Source: an uncultured Armatimonadia bacterium (GTDB lineage Bacteria; Armatimonadota; Zipacnadia; CAVVLO01). Taken from it: 64,000 bases of DNA. Shown here piece by piece: positions 19,811 through 28,188 of the stretch (its first letter is position 1; each line of letters begins with the position of its first letter). The position numbers and the translations under genes are program-made. A model generated the notes under the pieces. That model did not search any database. It was not told the DNA's origin and saw nothing but the letters and a program-made list of their open reading frames with translations. Location of the stretch: assembly GCA_963749155.1 (NCBI GenBank), contig CAVVLO010000005.1:512001-576000 (forward strand), read 5' to 3'.

Positions 19811-20643
19811 TCGAGGGCGGGCACGACCAAGTTCGTCTACGACGGGGCGAAGGTAGTGCTGGAGCGCGACGGCGACGACGAGACCCAGGCGCGCTACACC
19901 CACGAGGGCGGCTCGCTCTACAGACGACCTCCTGAGCCAGCGACGCGATGGGGCCAGCTACGACTACCTGCTCGACGGGCTGGCGAGCGTGAAGCAGGTG
20001 GTGGACAGCTCCGAGGCCATCGAGAACAGCTACTCCTACGAGGCCTTCGGGCAAGCGACGGTCGGCCAGAGCGACGTGGCCAACCCTTACCTCTTCGTCG
20101 GCGGCTATGGCGTCCAGTGGGAGAGCACCCCGAGCCTCTACTTTATGCAGGCCAGATACTACAGCCCGAGCGTCGGCCGGTTCCTCTCGGAGGATCCCGA
20201 TCGGCGGCGCGCCGCAGGACCCGATGAGTCTGCATCGGTATCTGTACTGCGCCAATGGGCCGGTGAGCAGGACGGATGCCAGCGGTGCTCTGTTCGCGGC
20301 AGTCTGTTACTACATGAATCGGGAGGGTTCAAATGGCACCCGCGATGACAAACTCGCCTACTGTAAGTGCATGGCGGCTGACGCATTCTTTAACTGCATC
20401 CCCGGCGCTGTTGGGGGGTACATGGTGGGCTGGGGGATCCTACCTTTGATAATCGTCGCCGTTGGCGTCAAGCTGGCAAAACCCATCGTCTGTGGCGTGG
20501 GCATAGTCATCTGGATTATCGGTGCTCTACCATGCGGCCTCGGCCGGTGTTGGGACGAGCACCAGCAGAGGATCGCTGAGTGCGAACGGCTCTACGGGCC
20601 GCCACCGAAGCCGGGCCCGACGCGCTCTATGGGCACGAGATGA
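19810..20643 (+). pseudogene. Rhs module 3 (core and Cys-rich hydrophobic tip), frameshifted
   Basis: VEGG..TKFVYDG...RTDASG, then tip 20287-20643; indels near 19822, 19925 and 20200. Confidence 0.8.
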
Positions 20644-20644
20644 G

Positions 20645-21181
20645 ATGAGGCCAATGTCTGGCTTACCATACGGAGCCCTGCGGACACTCCGTGTCCGCCT
20701 CCCGTGGTGGGAGTGGTGTTGCTATCTGGTCGGGGCTGGTATATTCGTGGCACCGCTGCCAACCGTGGTGAGCTTCCTGCTCATAGGAGCACACTCGATG
20801 GGCGCTCTGGTCTTTCTGATGCTTTCCGCTGTCTTCTGCGAAACGGTTGCACGTAGTATCGCGGAGACCCTATGGGCTGTCGTTTGGACGTCGGACAGCG
20901 AGCTCGTATACAGGGACTGGCGCGGGCGCGAGTCCAGACATAACTGGGCCGAACTGGACGGCGTTCGCGTCACTCGTTTCCCGAGATGGTCGGGGGCTCC
21001 CACTGAAGTCGCATTGCTCATCCGCGGGACCGTCCTAAGACTGCCCAAATGGCTGGATGGCCCAGAAGAGTTCGTTGAAGAAGCCATTGCCAGAGCGGGG
21101 CTGAGTATGGTGACTCGGACCGGCTTGTCCACTAGGTACGAGCGGCCGGAGCTTGCGACTGATGCGCCCCGAGGCTCGTGA
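20645..21181 (+). CDS. Small membrane protein (2 TM plus PH-like domain), putative immunity to tip 3
   Basis: ATG 1 nt after the tip 3 stop; two hydrophobic helices, then LVYRDWRGRESRHNWAELDGV. Confidence 0.65.
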   Translation: MRPMSGLPYGALRTLRVRLPWWEWCCYLVGAGIFVAPLPTVVSFLLIGAHSMGALVFLMLSAVFCETVARSIAETLWAVVWTSDSELVYRDWRGRESRHNWAELDGVRVTRFPRWSGAPTEVALLIRGTVLRLPKWLDGPEEFVEEAIARAGLSMVTRTGLSTRYERPELATDAPRGS

Positions 21182-21183
21182 GA

Positions 21184-21815
21184 CCGGACGAGACGGTGCT
21201 CTCCAGCTTCGCCTATGACCACGACGACTGCGGCAACCGGACTCAAATGACCGAGGCTAATGGCGACGTCACCACCTATGCTTACGACTCGATCTACGAG
21301 CTAACCGGGCAGACGAAGCGCAACTCGGGGGATGTAGTACAATCCAGTTATAGCTACACTTACGACGACATCGGCAACAGGCTGACTCTTACCGACCAGG
21401 GGAGCGCGGTGACGACCTCCACTTACAACGCGGGCGGGCAGTTGATCGGGACGGATGCCTCCGGGACGCTGACCACCTATACCTACGATGCCTCGGGCAA
21501 CCTCCCGCCGAGGTCACGAGCGCCGGGACGCGCTCCTACACCTGGGACTACGACGACAGGCTGACCGACATCGAGTATCCGGACTCCTCCGAGACCAACT
21601 ACACCTACAACTCCGCCGGGCAGCGGCTGACGAAGGTCGAGGGCGGGACGACGACCAAGTTCGTCTACGATGGGGCGAAGGTAGTGCTGGAGCGCGACGG
21701 CGATGACGAGACCGAGGTGCGCTACACCCACGAGGGCGGCTCGCTCTACGGCGACCTCCTGAGCCAGCGACGCGACGGGGCCAGCTACGACTACCTGCTG
21801 GATGGGCTCGCGAGC
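21184..21815 (+). pseudogene. Rhs module 4, YD-repeat fragment truncated before the core end (no tip)
   Basis: FAYDHDDCGNRTQMTEANG...; 21292-21815 is near-identical to 17396-17921; homology ends at LLDGLAS. Confidence 0.85.
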
Positions 21816-21822
21816 ACTTTTC

Positions 21823-23205
21823 CTACCCAAACCACTGCTGCTGGGCGGCGATGCGGTCGAGGCCTTCTCGGTCGTGCCCTCCGAGGAAGTAACCGGCGGC
21901 GGCGAAGCCCATCTCCAGCGCGTGATCCATATTCCCGTAGCGGAAAAGTCCCTGCCTGCCGCAGGTAATCAGGCCCTCGTAGCCCCAGAAATGCTTCAGG
22001 AGACGCTCCAGAGGCTCCCTGTAGCCTCGTGCATAGATGGGATAGGCCTCGGGCTGACGGGTCGCGAGGAAGCCCTCTACGTCGTTCTCAGTCGCAAGTC
22101 CCGCCTTCGAGAGGCCTGGCAGGCAGAGCTGGAGCAGTTCTTCCGCACTGGCATGCCAGAGATCATCCTCCGGCTGGCAACAGAGTTCTACCGTTAGACT
22201 TGTCTTGCCCTCAGGGGCCATCTCGGCGGAGAAGTTGCGCGGTTCTGACACGCGCGTGAAGGGGTACTCCGGCTCGGGGATATAGGTCCAGCTATCCTCG
22301 CGGATACTCGGTTTGTTTACCTCAAGGTGCAAGAACCGTTGCGCGCGGAACCGCAGCTTGCCCGCGGCTTCCACCACATCGGCCGGTACGCCCTCGAAAA
22401 GGCGCGCCAGGTCCGTCACGGGGAGGGTCGAGATAACCGCTTCGGCCTCGAAACGTTCTCCACTGGCCTCTACGGCGAAGCCCTCGCTGGTCTGGGAGAC
22501 GGCTTCCACCGATTTGCCCAGCAGTACCTGTCCGCCCTGGGCCTCGATGCCCTCGGCCAGGAGCTGGGAGAGCTGCCCGATACCGAGCCTGGGATAGGTG
22601 AAAAGCGACACGTAGGTGCGCGGGGTATTTTTGGACTTCACCACCAACCGCTTGGCGACATCCATCAGGTTGAGCAGCGAGATACGCTGAGCGGCCCAGT
22701 CGGCGGAGAGCTGCGTGCACGGGATGCCCCACAGCTTCTCGGTATAAGGGCCGAAGAAGATATCGTAGAAGGTACGCCCGAACCGGTTGATGACCCAGGT
22801 CTCGAAGGAGTCATCTGGCCGCGGGAAGAGCCGCTGGCGGAAGCTGGTGTAGAAGTAGTCGAGGATGCCGCGCAGCGCAACCGTCGGGCGCAGCGTCTTC
22901 AGCATATTCATCCCTTGCAGGGGGTACTGGTAGAACTTGCCCTCCATCAGGATGTGACTGATGCGGCGCGCCGAGAGGGCCTGATCGCCAAGCAGCGCCT
23001 CTACCCAGGCGACAAGCTCTTTGTTGGGGCTATGGAACCGGTGCGGGCCGTAATCGTAGAGATAACCCTCGTGGGCAAAAGAGGCCGCAAGCCCTCCTGG
23101 CCGCGGCTCACGTTCCAGCACGGTGACCTTCCAGCCGGCCTCGGCCAGTTTTGTGGCCGCGCCAAGTCCTGCAAGTCCAGCTCCAAGCACAAGTGCCTCA
23201 GGCAT
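21823..23205 (-). CDS. FAD-dependent oxidoreductase (protoporphyrinogen oxidase / UDP-galactopyranose mutase-like)
   Basis: VLGAGLAGL, DYGPHRF, YTEKLWG and GRQGLFRYGNMDH motifs. Confidence 0.85.
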   Translation of the reverse strand: MPEALVLGAGLAGLGAATKLAEAGWKVTVLEREPRPGGLAASFAHEGYLYDYGPHRFHSPNKELVAWVEALLGDQALSARRISHILMEGKFYQYPLQGMNMLKTLRPTVALRGILDYFYTSFRQRLFPRPDDSFETWVINRFGRTFYDIFFGPYTEKLWGIPCTQLSADWAAQRISLLNLMDVAKRLVVKSKNTPRTYVSLFTYPRLGIGQLSQLLAEGIEAQGGQVLLGKSVEAVSQTSEGFAVEASGERFEAEAVISTLPVTDLARLFEGVPADVVEAAGKLRFRAQRFLHLEVNKPSIREDSWTYIPEPEYPFTRVSEPRNFSAEMAPEGKTSLTVELCCQPEDDLWHASAEELLQLCLPGLSKAGLATENDVEGFLATRQPEAYPIYARGYREPLERLLKHFWGYEGLITCGRQGLFRYGNMDHALEMGFAAAGYFLGGHDREGLDRIAAQQQWFG

Positions 23206-23230
23206 AATTTTCCCTCCGATAATCTAAGGG

Positions 23231-23259
23231 AAGATAACCGCCCAAAGGCTGCGCGTCAA
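23231..23259 (-). promoter_or_regulatory. Sigma-70 promoter TTGACG-N17-TATCTT
   Basis: Near-consensus boxes with 17-nt spacing, 25 nt upstream of ATG 23205. Confidence 0.65.
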
Positions 23260-23264
23260 GCAAA

Positions 23265-24137
23265 TCAGAGTTCGAGTTGCTCTTCCAGTTTGCCCCAGAG
23301 GTTCTCCAGCTCGGTGCGGAGAGGGCCATCGGTATATTCGACCAGGGGCACACCCGCCGAAACCGCATCGAAGACAATCTCGTCATAGGGGATCCGGGCC
23401 ATTAAAGGCAGGCCCAGATCGCGACGGAGAGTGTCTATCCGCTCAGCGACCTGCAGGTTGAGATCAGCCTTGTTGATTACGATACCTGCTGGCACGTCGA
23501 AATGTCTGATTAGCTCCAGCACGCGCTCCAGGTCGTGCAGGCCTGAGAGAGTCGGCTCTGTGACAAGCAGGGCGAAGTCGGTGTCCACGATAGCCGAGGT
23601 AGCCGAACAGCCGATGCCTGGCGGGCCATCGAAAAGCACCAGAGGCAGATCGCGTTCAACGGCCAGATTGGCAGAATGCTCCCGGACCAGGCTGACCAGG
23701 CGGCCACTGTTTTCGGCGGCTGGATTGAGCCTGGCGGAGACGAAAGGCCCGTATTTGGTCTCGCCAGTGTAGAGTGTACCGACTTCGGCCGGCACCAGTC
23801 GCAGGGCGCGTTCGGGGCAGACCTGCACGCAGAAGCCGCAGCCCTCGCAAGCCGTTATGCTGATGTCGTTAATCGTAATCGCATCGAACCGGCAGGCTTC
23901 TTCGCATTTGCCATGCTGCTTGCACAGCGCCTCGTCGCGAACGACCAGCTTGCCGCCGGTGAATATTTCAGTCCTGGTAATATCAGGATTGAGCAGCAGA
24001 TGCAGATTGGCGGCATCCACATCGCAGTCGGCGACTACTTTCCTGGCAGCAAGCGCGGCAAGCGAGGCCAGCACGGTTGTCTTGCCTGTACCGCCTTTAC
24101 CGCTGAGCACTACCACTTCTTTGGCTCTCTGGCTCAT
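23265..24137 (-). CDS. MinD-superfamily P-loop ATPase with inserted ferredoxin domain (COG1149)
   Basis: SGKGGTGKT, DCDVDAAN, CEGCGFCVQVCP, DGPPGIGC and VTEPT motifs. Confidence 0.9.
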   Translation of the reverse strand: MSQRAKEVVVLSGKGGTGKTTVLASLAALAARKVVADCDVDAANLHLLLNPDITRTEIFTGGKLVVRDEALCKQHGKCEEACRFDAITINDISITACEGCGFCVQVCPERALRLVPAEVGTLYTGETKYGPFVSARLNPAAENSGRLVSLVREHSANLAVERDLPLVLFDGPPGIGCSATSAIVDTDFALLVTEPTLSGLHDLERVLELIRHFDVPAGIVINKADLNLQVAERIDTLRRDLGLPLMARIPYDEIVFDAVSAGVPLVEYTDGPLRTELENLWGKLEEQLEL

Positions 24138-25021
24138 TTGGCTTCACCTGCTCTGGCGGCTTCGACGCGCTGGACGACTGCTTCGAAAAGCTGCAGCAGC
24201 GGTTCTCGCCACTCCTCGGAAGCCTTCAGCAGATGACCGCCTGAGGAATACGTCTCGGCGATATGGCGATCATGGGGAAGGCTGAGCAGGACTTCCGCCC
24301 CGGTGCGACGTTTGAAGTCTTCGAGGGGCGGATAATCGCCCCTTGCGCGGTTGAGCACCACCGCGGTCGGCACCCCGAGCGCCCGGCAAGTGTCCAGCGC
24401 CTCTTCGGCATCGTGCAGGCCAAAGGGAGTTGGTTCGGTCACCAGCAACGCGTAATCGGCGCCCTCGACCGATTCCTGCATCGGGCACGAGGTGCCTGGC
24501 GGGCAGTCGATTATAGAAATCATATCCGGATCTACGAAGGCTTTGGTCGCTTTGGTAACCGTGCTGGTGCGCAGCAGTCCTACCTCGACCCGGCCAGAGT
24601 AGAGTTCGATGCCTCCCTCGGCCTTGCCGCGCGCTACTTCGCCGACTTTGAGGGGTACTTCGGTCAGCGCATCGGTCGGGCAGATATAGCTACAAAGCCC
24701 GCAGCCAGAGCAAAGCTGGGCGAAGGTCACCAACACCCCGTTGATTAGCGCCAGCGCGTTGGACTCACATAGTTCTACGCACTTGCCGCATTCGATGCAG
24801 AGCTGCTGATTCACTCGCGGAACTTTGATCTCTACGACAGAATGATGATGAAACCGTGTCTCCAGCAGCAGATGGGCGTTAGGTTCTTCCACGTCCGAGT
24901 CAACGAGCTGCACCTGGTAGGGATACCTGCTGGCAAGCGCCGCCGCGAGGCTGGTCGCGACCAGGGTCTTGCCGGTGCCGCCCTTGCCGGCCGCGATAGC
25001 CAAAGTAAGGGAAGGTCTCAA
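24134..25021 (-). CDS. MinD-superfamily P-loop ATPase with inserted ferredoxin domain (COG1149)
   Basis: GKGGTGKT, DSDVEEPN, CIECGKCVELC, CSGCGLCSYICP and DCPPGTSC motifs. Confidence 0.9.
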   Translation of the reverse strand: MRPSLTLAIAAGKGGTGKTLVATSLAAALASRYPYQVQLVDSDVEEPNAHLLLETRFHHHSVVEIKVPRVNQQLCIECGKCVELCESNALALINGVLVTFAQLCSGCGLCSYICPTDALTEVPLKVGEVARGKAEGGIELYSGRVEVGLLRTSTVTKATKAFVDPDMISIIDCPPGTSCPMQESVEGADYALLVTEPTPFGLHDAEEALDTCRALGVPTAVVLNRARGDYPPLEDFKRRTGAEVLLSLPHDRHIAETYSSGGHLLKASEEWREPLLQLFEAVVQRVEAARAGEAK

Positions 25022-25052
25022 GGCTTGCTCCTTTATAAGCTAATACTCGGGG

Positions 25053-25478
25053 TTAACGACCGCGGCCGCCACCCATTCCGCCGCCGCCGCCGCCACCGGC
25101 TCCGCGACCGCCGCCGCCCATCCCGAAGTGGTCACCGACATTGGCGCCGGCAAGTTCTTCGAGCTGGCCTGCCTTGAGCGCCTCGACGGCTTGCTGCACT
25201 GTGCCGCCCGAGAAGCTGAAAAGCTTGATGCTGCCTGCTTTGAGCGCGCCGCCTGCATTGGGACCAAAGTTGCCGGCAATAACGGCCTCGACTTTCTCAT
25301 TGGCCACAAGCTGAGCCGCCTGGATACCGGCCCCCTGCATCGAGTTGGCCGCGGTATTCTCGAGGCTGCGAGCTTCCATTGTATCGGTGTTTACGATTAC
25401 GAACCACCGAGCCCGTCCAAAACGCGGATCGGTAGTTGCCTCCAGGCCTTCTGCCTGGGCTGTTACTGCTACCAGCAT
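25053..25478 (-). CDS. NifB/NifX family (dinitrogenase FeMo-cofactor domain) protein
   Basis: DPRFGRA, GAGIQAAQ and GNFGPNA motifs; Gly-rich tail. Confidence 0.9.
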   Translation of the reverse strand: MLVAVTAQAEGLEATTDPRFGRARWFVIVNTDTMEARSLENTAANSMQGAGIQAAQLVANEKVEAVIAGNFGPNAGGALKAGSIKLFSFSGGTVQQAVEALKAGQLEELAGANVGDHFGMGGGGRGAGGGGGGGMGGGRGR

Positions 25479-25506
25479 TAGGATTTCCTCCCTGTTGTGC
25501 GACACC

Positions 25507-26382
25507 TTAACGGGGCGCCAGCACCTCTATGACGATATTCCCATCGGCCCAAAGGCTTACTCGCGAACCTGCACCGAGTCTTGCGAACCGTTCTCCAAAG
25601 CCCTGGGCAAGCACTTTGGAGGCTTCTTCTCCAGTGCAATGACAGGCGCCCAACCACTGAAGGCCTGACTGTAGTAATACATTAAGTGTAAACTGCACTT
25701 GCTCAGGCGTCAAGGCCACCAGATGGGTGCCGCCGAAAATCCCAAGCACGGCTTTCTCCGGCAGCAGGTTGCTGGCCTGGGCCAGTATGTTGAGCACTCC
25801 TGAGTGAGCGCAACCGGTTTGCACGACGATCCCAGCCGGCAGCGAGATAAACAGTGACAGGTCATCCAGCAGGGGATCCTGGCTGTTCTTGCCCTCTCTC
25901 AGCACCCCGAGGCCTGCAATCCCCACAGGGAAGCCCTCTTTACGGGGGATCTCGCCTGAAAGCAGCAGCTCTGAAGCGAGCCAGAGGGGCAGGCTGGCAT
26001 CATAAAACTCGGCTCCAAGCTCCTCATAACGCGCTCGAGATTGCGGCATCCCGATAGAGTGAGAAGCGTCCAGCAGATGAGTTTTATGCTCGAAACCTGC
26101 CGGGTGCATCCAGACCGGCCTGCCTCCGAACCGCTCGAGAAAGGCCTCGAGCCCGCCAGTATGATCGTAATGGCCGTGACTGAGCGCGATAGCTTCAACC
26201 TTGGACAAATCGATGCCTAGCAGGTCGGCATTGTCCAGGAAGGCTGGCGAAGCGCCCGTGTTAAAGAGGAAGGTATGTTCGCTTGCTTCGACCAGCACCG
26301 CCAGGCCGTGCTCACTGGCCAGGCCAGGGGTGGAAGCGCTGTTTTCGATGAGATAGGTCAGCGTAACAGCCGGAATCGTCAT
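25507..26382 (-). CDS. MBL-fold metallo-hydrolase (COG1237-like)
   Basis: SEHGLA, SHGHYDHTGG, GCAHSG, GGTHL and CHCTG motifs. Confidence 0.9.
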   Translation of the reverse strand: MTIPAVTLTYLIENSASTPGLASEHGLAVLVEASEHTFLFNTGASPAFLDNADLLGIDLSKVEAIALSHGHYDHTGGLEAFLERFGGRPVWMHPAGFEHKTHLLDASHSIGMPQSRARYEELGAEFYDASLPLWLASELLLSGEIPRKEGFPVGIAGLGVLREGKNSQDPLLDDLSLFISLPAGIVVQTGCAHSGVLNILAQASNLLPEKAVLGIFGGTHLVALTPEQVQFTLNVLLQSGLQWLGACHCTGEEASKVLAQGFGERFARLGAGSRVSLWADGNIVIEVLAPR

Positions 26383-26433
26383 AGGAATCCCTCCAATATG
26401 CCCTTTAGTCAGTCCGAGAGCATATCTTGCCGG

Positions 26434-26458
26434 TGAACCAACTTGTTATCAGGGCGTC
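26434..26458 (+). promoter_or_regulatory. Possible ECF-sigma promoter (TGAAC-N16-CGTC)
   Basis: AAC-N16-CGT layout in the divergent intergenic region. Confidence 0.35.
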
Positions 26459-26596
26459 CTATACATAATAAACCTTTACCGAGTAGTAGAGGGTTTCAGG
26501 CCGGGGGCCTTCAGGTATAATAACAAGAAACCAATAACAGTCACTGGCAGTTAACATGACTTGCTCAGTTACGGGTAAGGAGCTGGAGAAGAGAGT

Positions 26597-26845
26597 ATGA
26601 CCTGCGGTTTCCTGTTCGGCATTGTGGCAATTCTGGCAGCCATCTCACTATTCAATGTAGCGCTTGATTTCGAGGGTTACGGACAGCTTGCGACCGAACA
26701 GATGCAAAAATTTGTCGAAAACCTTTCCGGCCACCAACTGGACGAGTATCACGCTTATGTGAGTACGCTGATTGCGCTTGCTTGCGTGATGATTATTTGC
26801 ATCTTCCTTGCCTGGCGCTCCTATATGAACGAAGCCCGGATGTAG
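26597..26845 (+). CDS. Small two-TM hypothetical protein
   Basis: 82 aa with two hydrophobic helices; purine-rich RBS region. Confidence 0.6.
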   Translation: MTCGFLFGIVAILAAISLFNVALDFEGYGQLATEQMQKFVENLSGHQLDEYHAYVSTLIALACVMIICIFLAWRSYMNEARM

Positions 26846-26853
26846 CCAGAGGA

Positions 26854-27579
26854 CTAGTCGGCTTCGCGCACTGGAGTTGGCAAAGGGGCATAGCGTTCTC
26901 GCCAGGCCAGCCACATCACCCTCAGCACATACCACATTCCCTTGAGGCCCGTGATACTGCTGCGGCCCGCCTGTCTTTCTCGCATATTGACCGGCACTTC
27001 GACCACACGTAAATCCGCCTTCGTCGCGGTCACCAGCCCAACTGGTTCGGGATAATCCTGGGCATAGCGATCGGCGAACAACCTGATTGCCCTTGGCCCG
27101 GCCGCGCGGAAGCCCGAGGTGCAGTCAGCGATGGGCTGGCCAGCCATCCGGGAAATCCATCGGGCCACGAACCGCATCGCCAGCCGGTGAAGCTTAGGTA
27201 TCTCATATCCTATCCCATTGATGAAGCGGCTGCCGATTACTAGGTCAGCGCCCGCCGCAATCGCATCGAGCAACCGCCCGGCATAGCTGGTGTCATGCTG
27301 GCCGTCGGCATCAACCTGCATCGCCACCTCATAGCCATGCTCCAGCGCGTACCGCCAGCCTCGCTGCACTGTGTAGCCAATGCCCTGGTTCTGGCTGTTG
27401 ACAAGTAGCTCTACGCCAAGATTTTCGGCTACCTCGGCCGTGCTATCGGTGGAGCCATCGTCTATCACCAGCAAGTCGGCAAAGGGCAGGTGCTGGCGCG
27501 TTTCGGCGACGACCAGGGGCAGGCTCTCCTCCTCGTTGAAGGCAGGTATTATGACCAGCAGGCGTGGTTTGTAACTCAC
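26854..27579 (-). CDS. Glycosyltransferase family 2 (DPM1-like)
   Basis: IPAFNEE, IDDGSTD, DADGQH, IGSRF and DCTSGFR motifs. Confidence 0.93.
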   Translation of the reverse strand: MSYKPRLLVIIPAFNEEESLPLVVAETRQHLPFADLLVIDDGSTDSTAEVAENLGVELLVNSQNQGIGYTVQRGWRYALEHGYEVAMQVDADGQHDTSYAGRLLDAIAAGADLVIGSRFINGIGYEIPKLHRLAMRFVARWISRMAGQPIADCTSGFRAAGPRAIRLFADRYAQDYPEPVGLVTATKADLRVVEVPVNMRERQAGRSSITGLKGMWYVLRVMWLAWRERYAPLPTPVREAD

Positions 27580-27591
27580 TTTAAAGCGCTC

Positions 27592-28188
27592 CTAGTCCGG
27601 CTCGTAGTCGGTCCAGCGACCGGTCGAGAGGTACACCCAGCCCCCGAAGGCCAGGTTCAACACATCCTTGCTATGGAGTCTGGCTGGATCATCGCAGTGC
27701 TGCCAGCAACGCAGCAGAGGTGTCTTCTCGCCATAAAGCTGCAAGTCGTACATCTTCACCTGATACATCGTCAGCCCATCCGGTTGCCCCTCATAATCGG
27801 CGCCCCAGTCGGCGGTCGGATAAGGCAGCGGGCAAAACTCATAAAGATAACTCAGCGGCAGGTAGGGATCCCGGAAGGCATCAAATTCGCCAGTCTTGTC
27901 CAGGTGCTGCCCCTTCGAGCCATCGGAGGGACACAGGAAGATGCGCGCATCGCCAGCGTAAGGCTTTATGGCGCTTGCCCAGACAGGCAGGCCCTCGTTG
28001 TCCTCGTAGTACATCTGGAAAGCCATCCCTAGCTGCTTCAGGTTGCTGATACAGACAGTGCGGCGGGCGCTTTCCTTCGCCCTGCTGAAGACAGGGAAGA
28101 TAATCGCTGCCAGCACCGCGATGATGCCGATGACGACCAGCAGCTCTATCAGGGTGAAGCCTCTAGTTTTTTTGTTCAGGTTGCTCAT
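27592..28188 (-). CDS. Prepilin-type N-terminal cleavage/methylation domain protein (DUF1559-like)
   Basis: RGFTLIELLVVIGIIAVLAAIIFPVF...CISNLKQLG. Confidence 0.9.
   Translation of the reverse strand: MSNLNKKTRGFTLIELLVVIGIIAVLAAIIFPVFSRAKESARRTVCISNLKQLGMAFQMYYEDNEGLPVWASAIKPYAGDARIFLCPSDGSKGQHLDKTGEFDAFRDPYLPLSYLYEFCPLPYPTADWGADYEGQPDGLTMYQVKMYDLQLYGEKTPLLRCWQHCDDPARLHSKDVLNLAFGGWVYLSTGRWTDYEPD

Noticed and set aside
15551..21815. Diversity-generating retroelement template and variable repeats
   Set aside because: There is no reverse transcriptase. Differences between copies are mostly synonymous and not adenine-specific, and the repeats are Rhs core sequence.
22327..23388. Long antisense ORFs (also 207-881, 16238-17200, 34439-35605, 42646-43731, 57181-58287)
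   Set aside because: These are shadows of well-supported genes on the opposite strand in high-GC DNA, with no recognisable motifs.
25060..25125. GCC tandem repeat as a contingency locus
   Set aside because: It encodes the Gly-rich tail common in this protein family and stays in frame.
25053..25478. Nitrogen fixation locus
   Set aside because: The NifB/NifX-family domain is widespread in non-diazotrophs, and no nifHDK genes are present.
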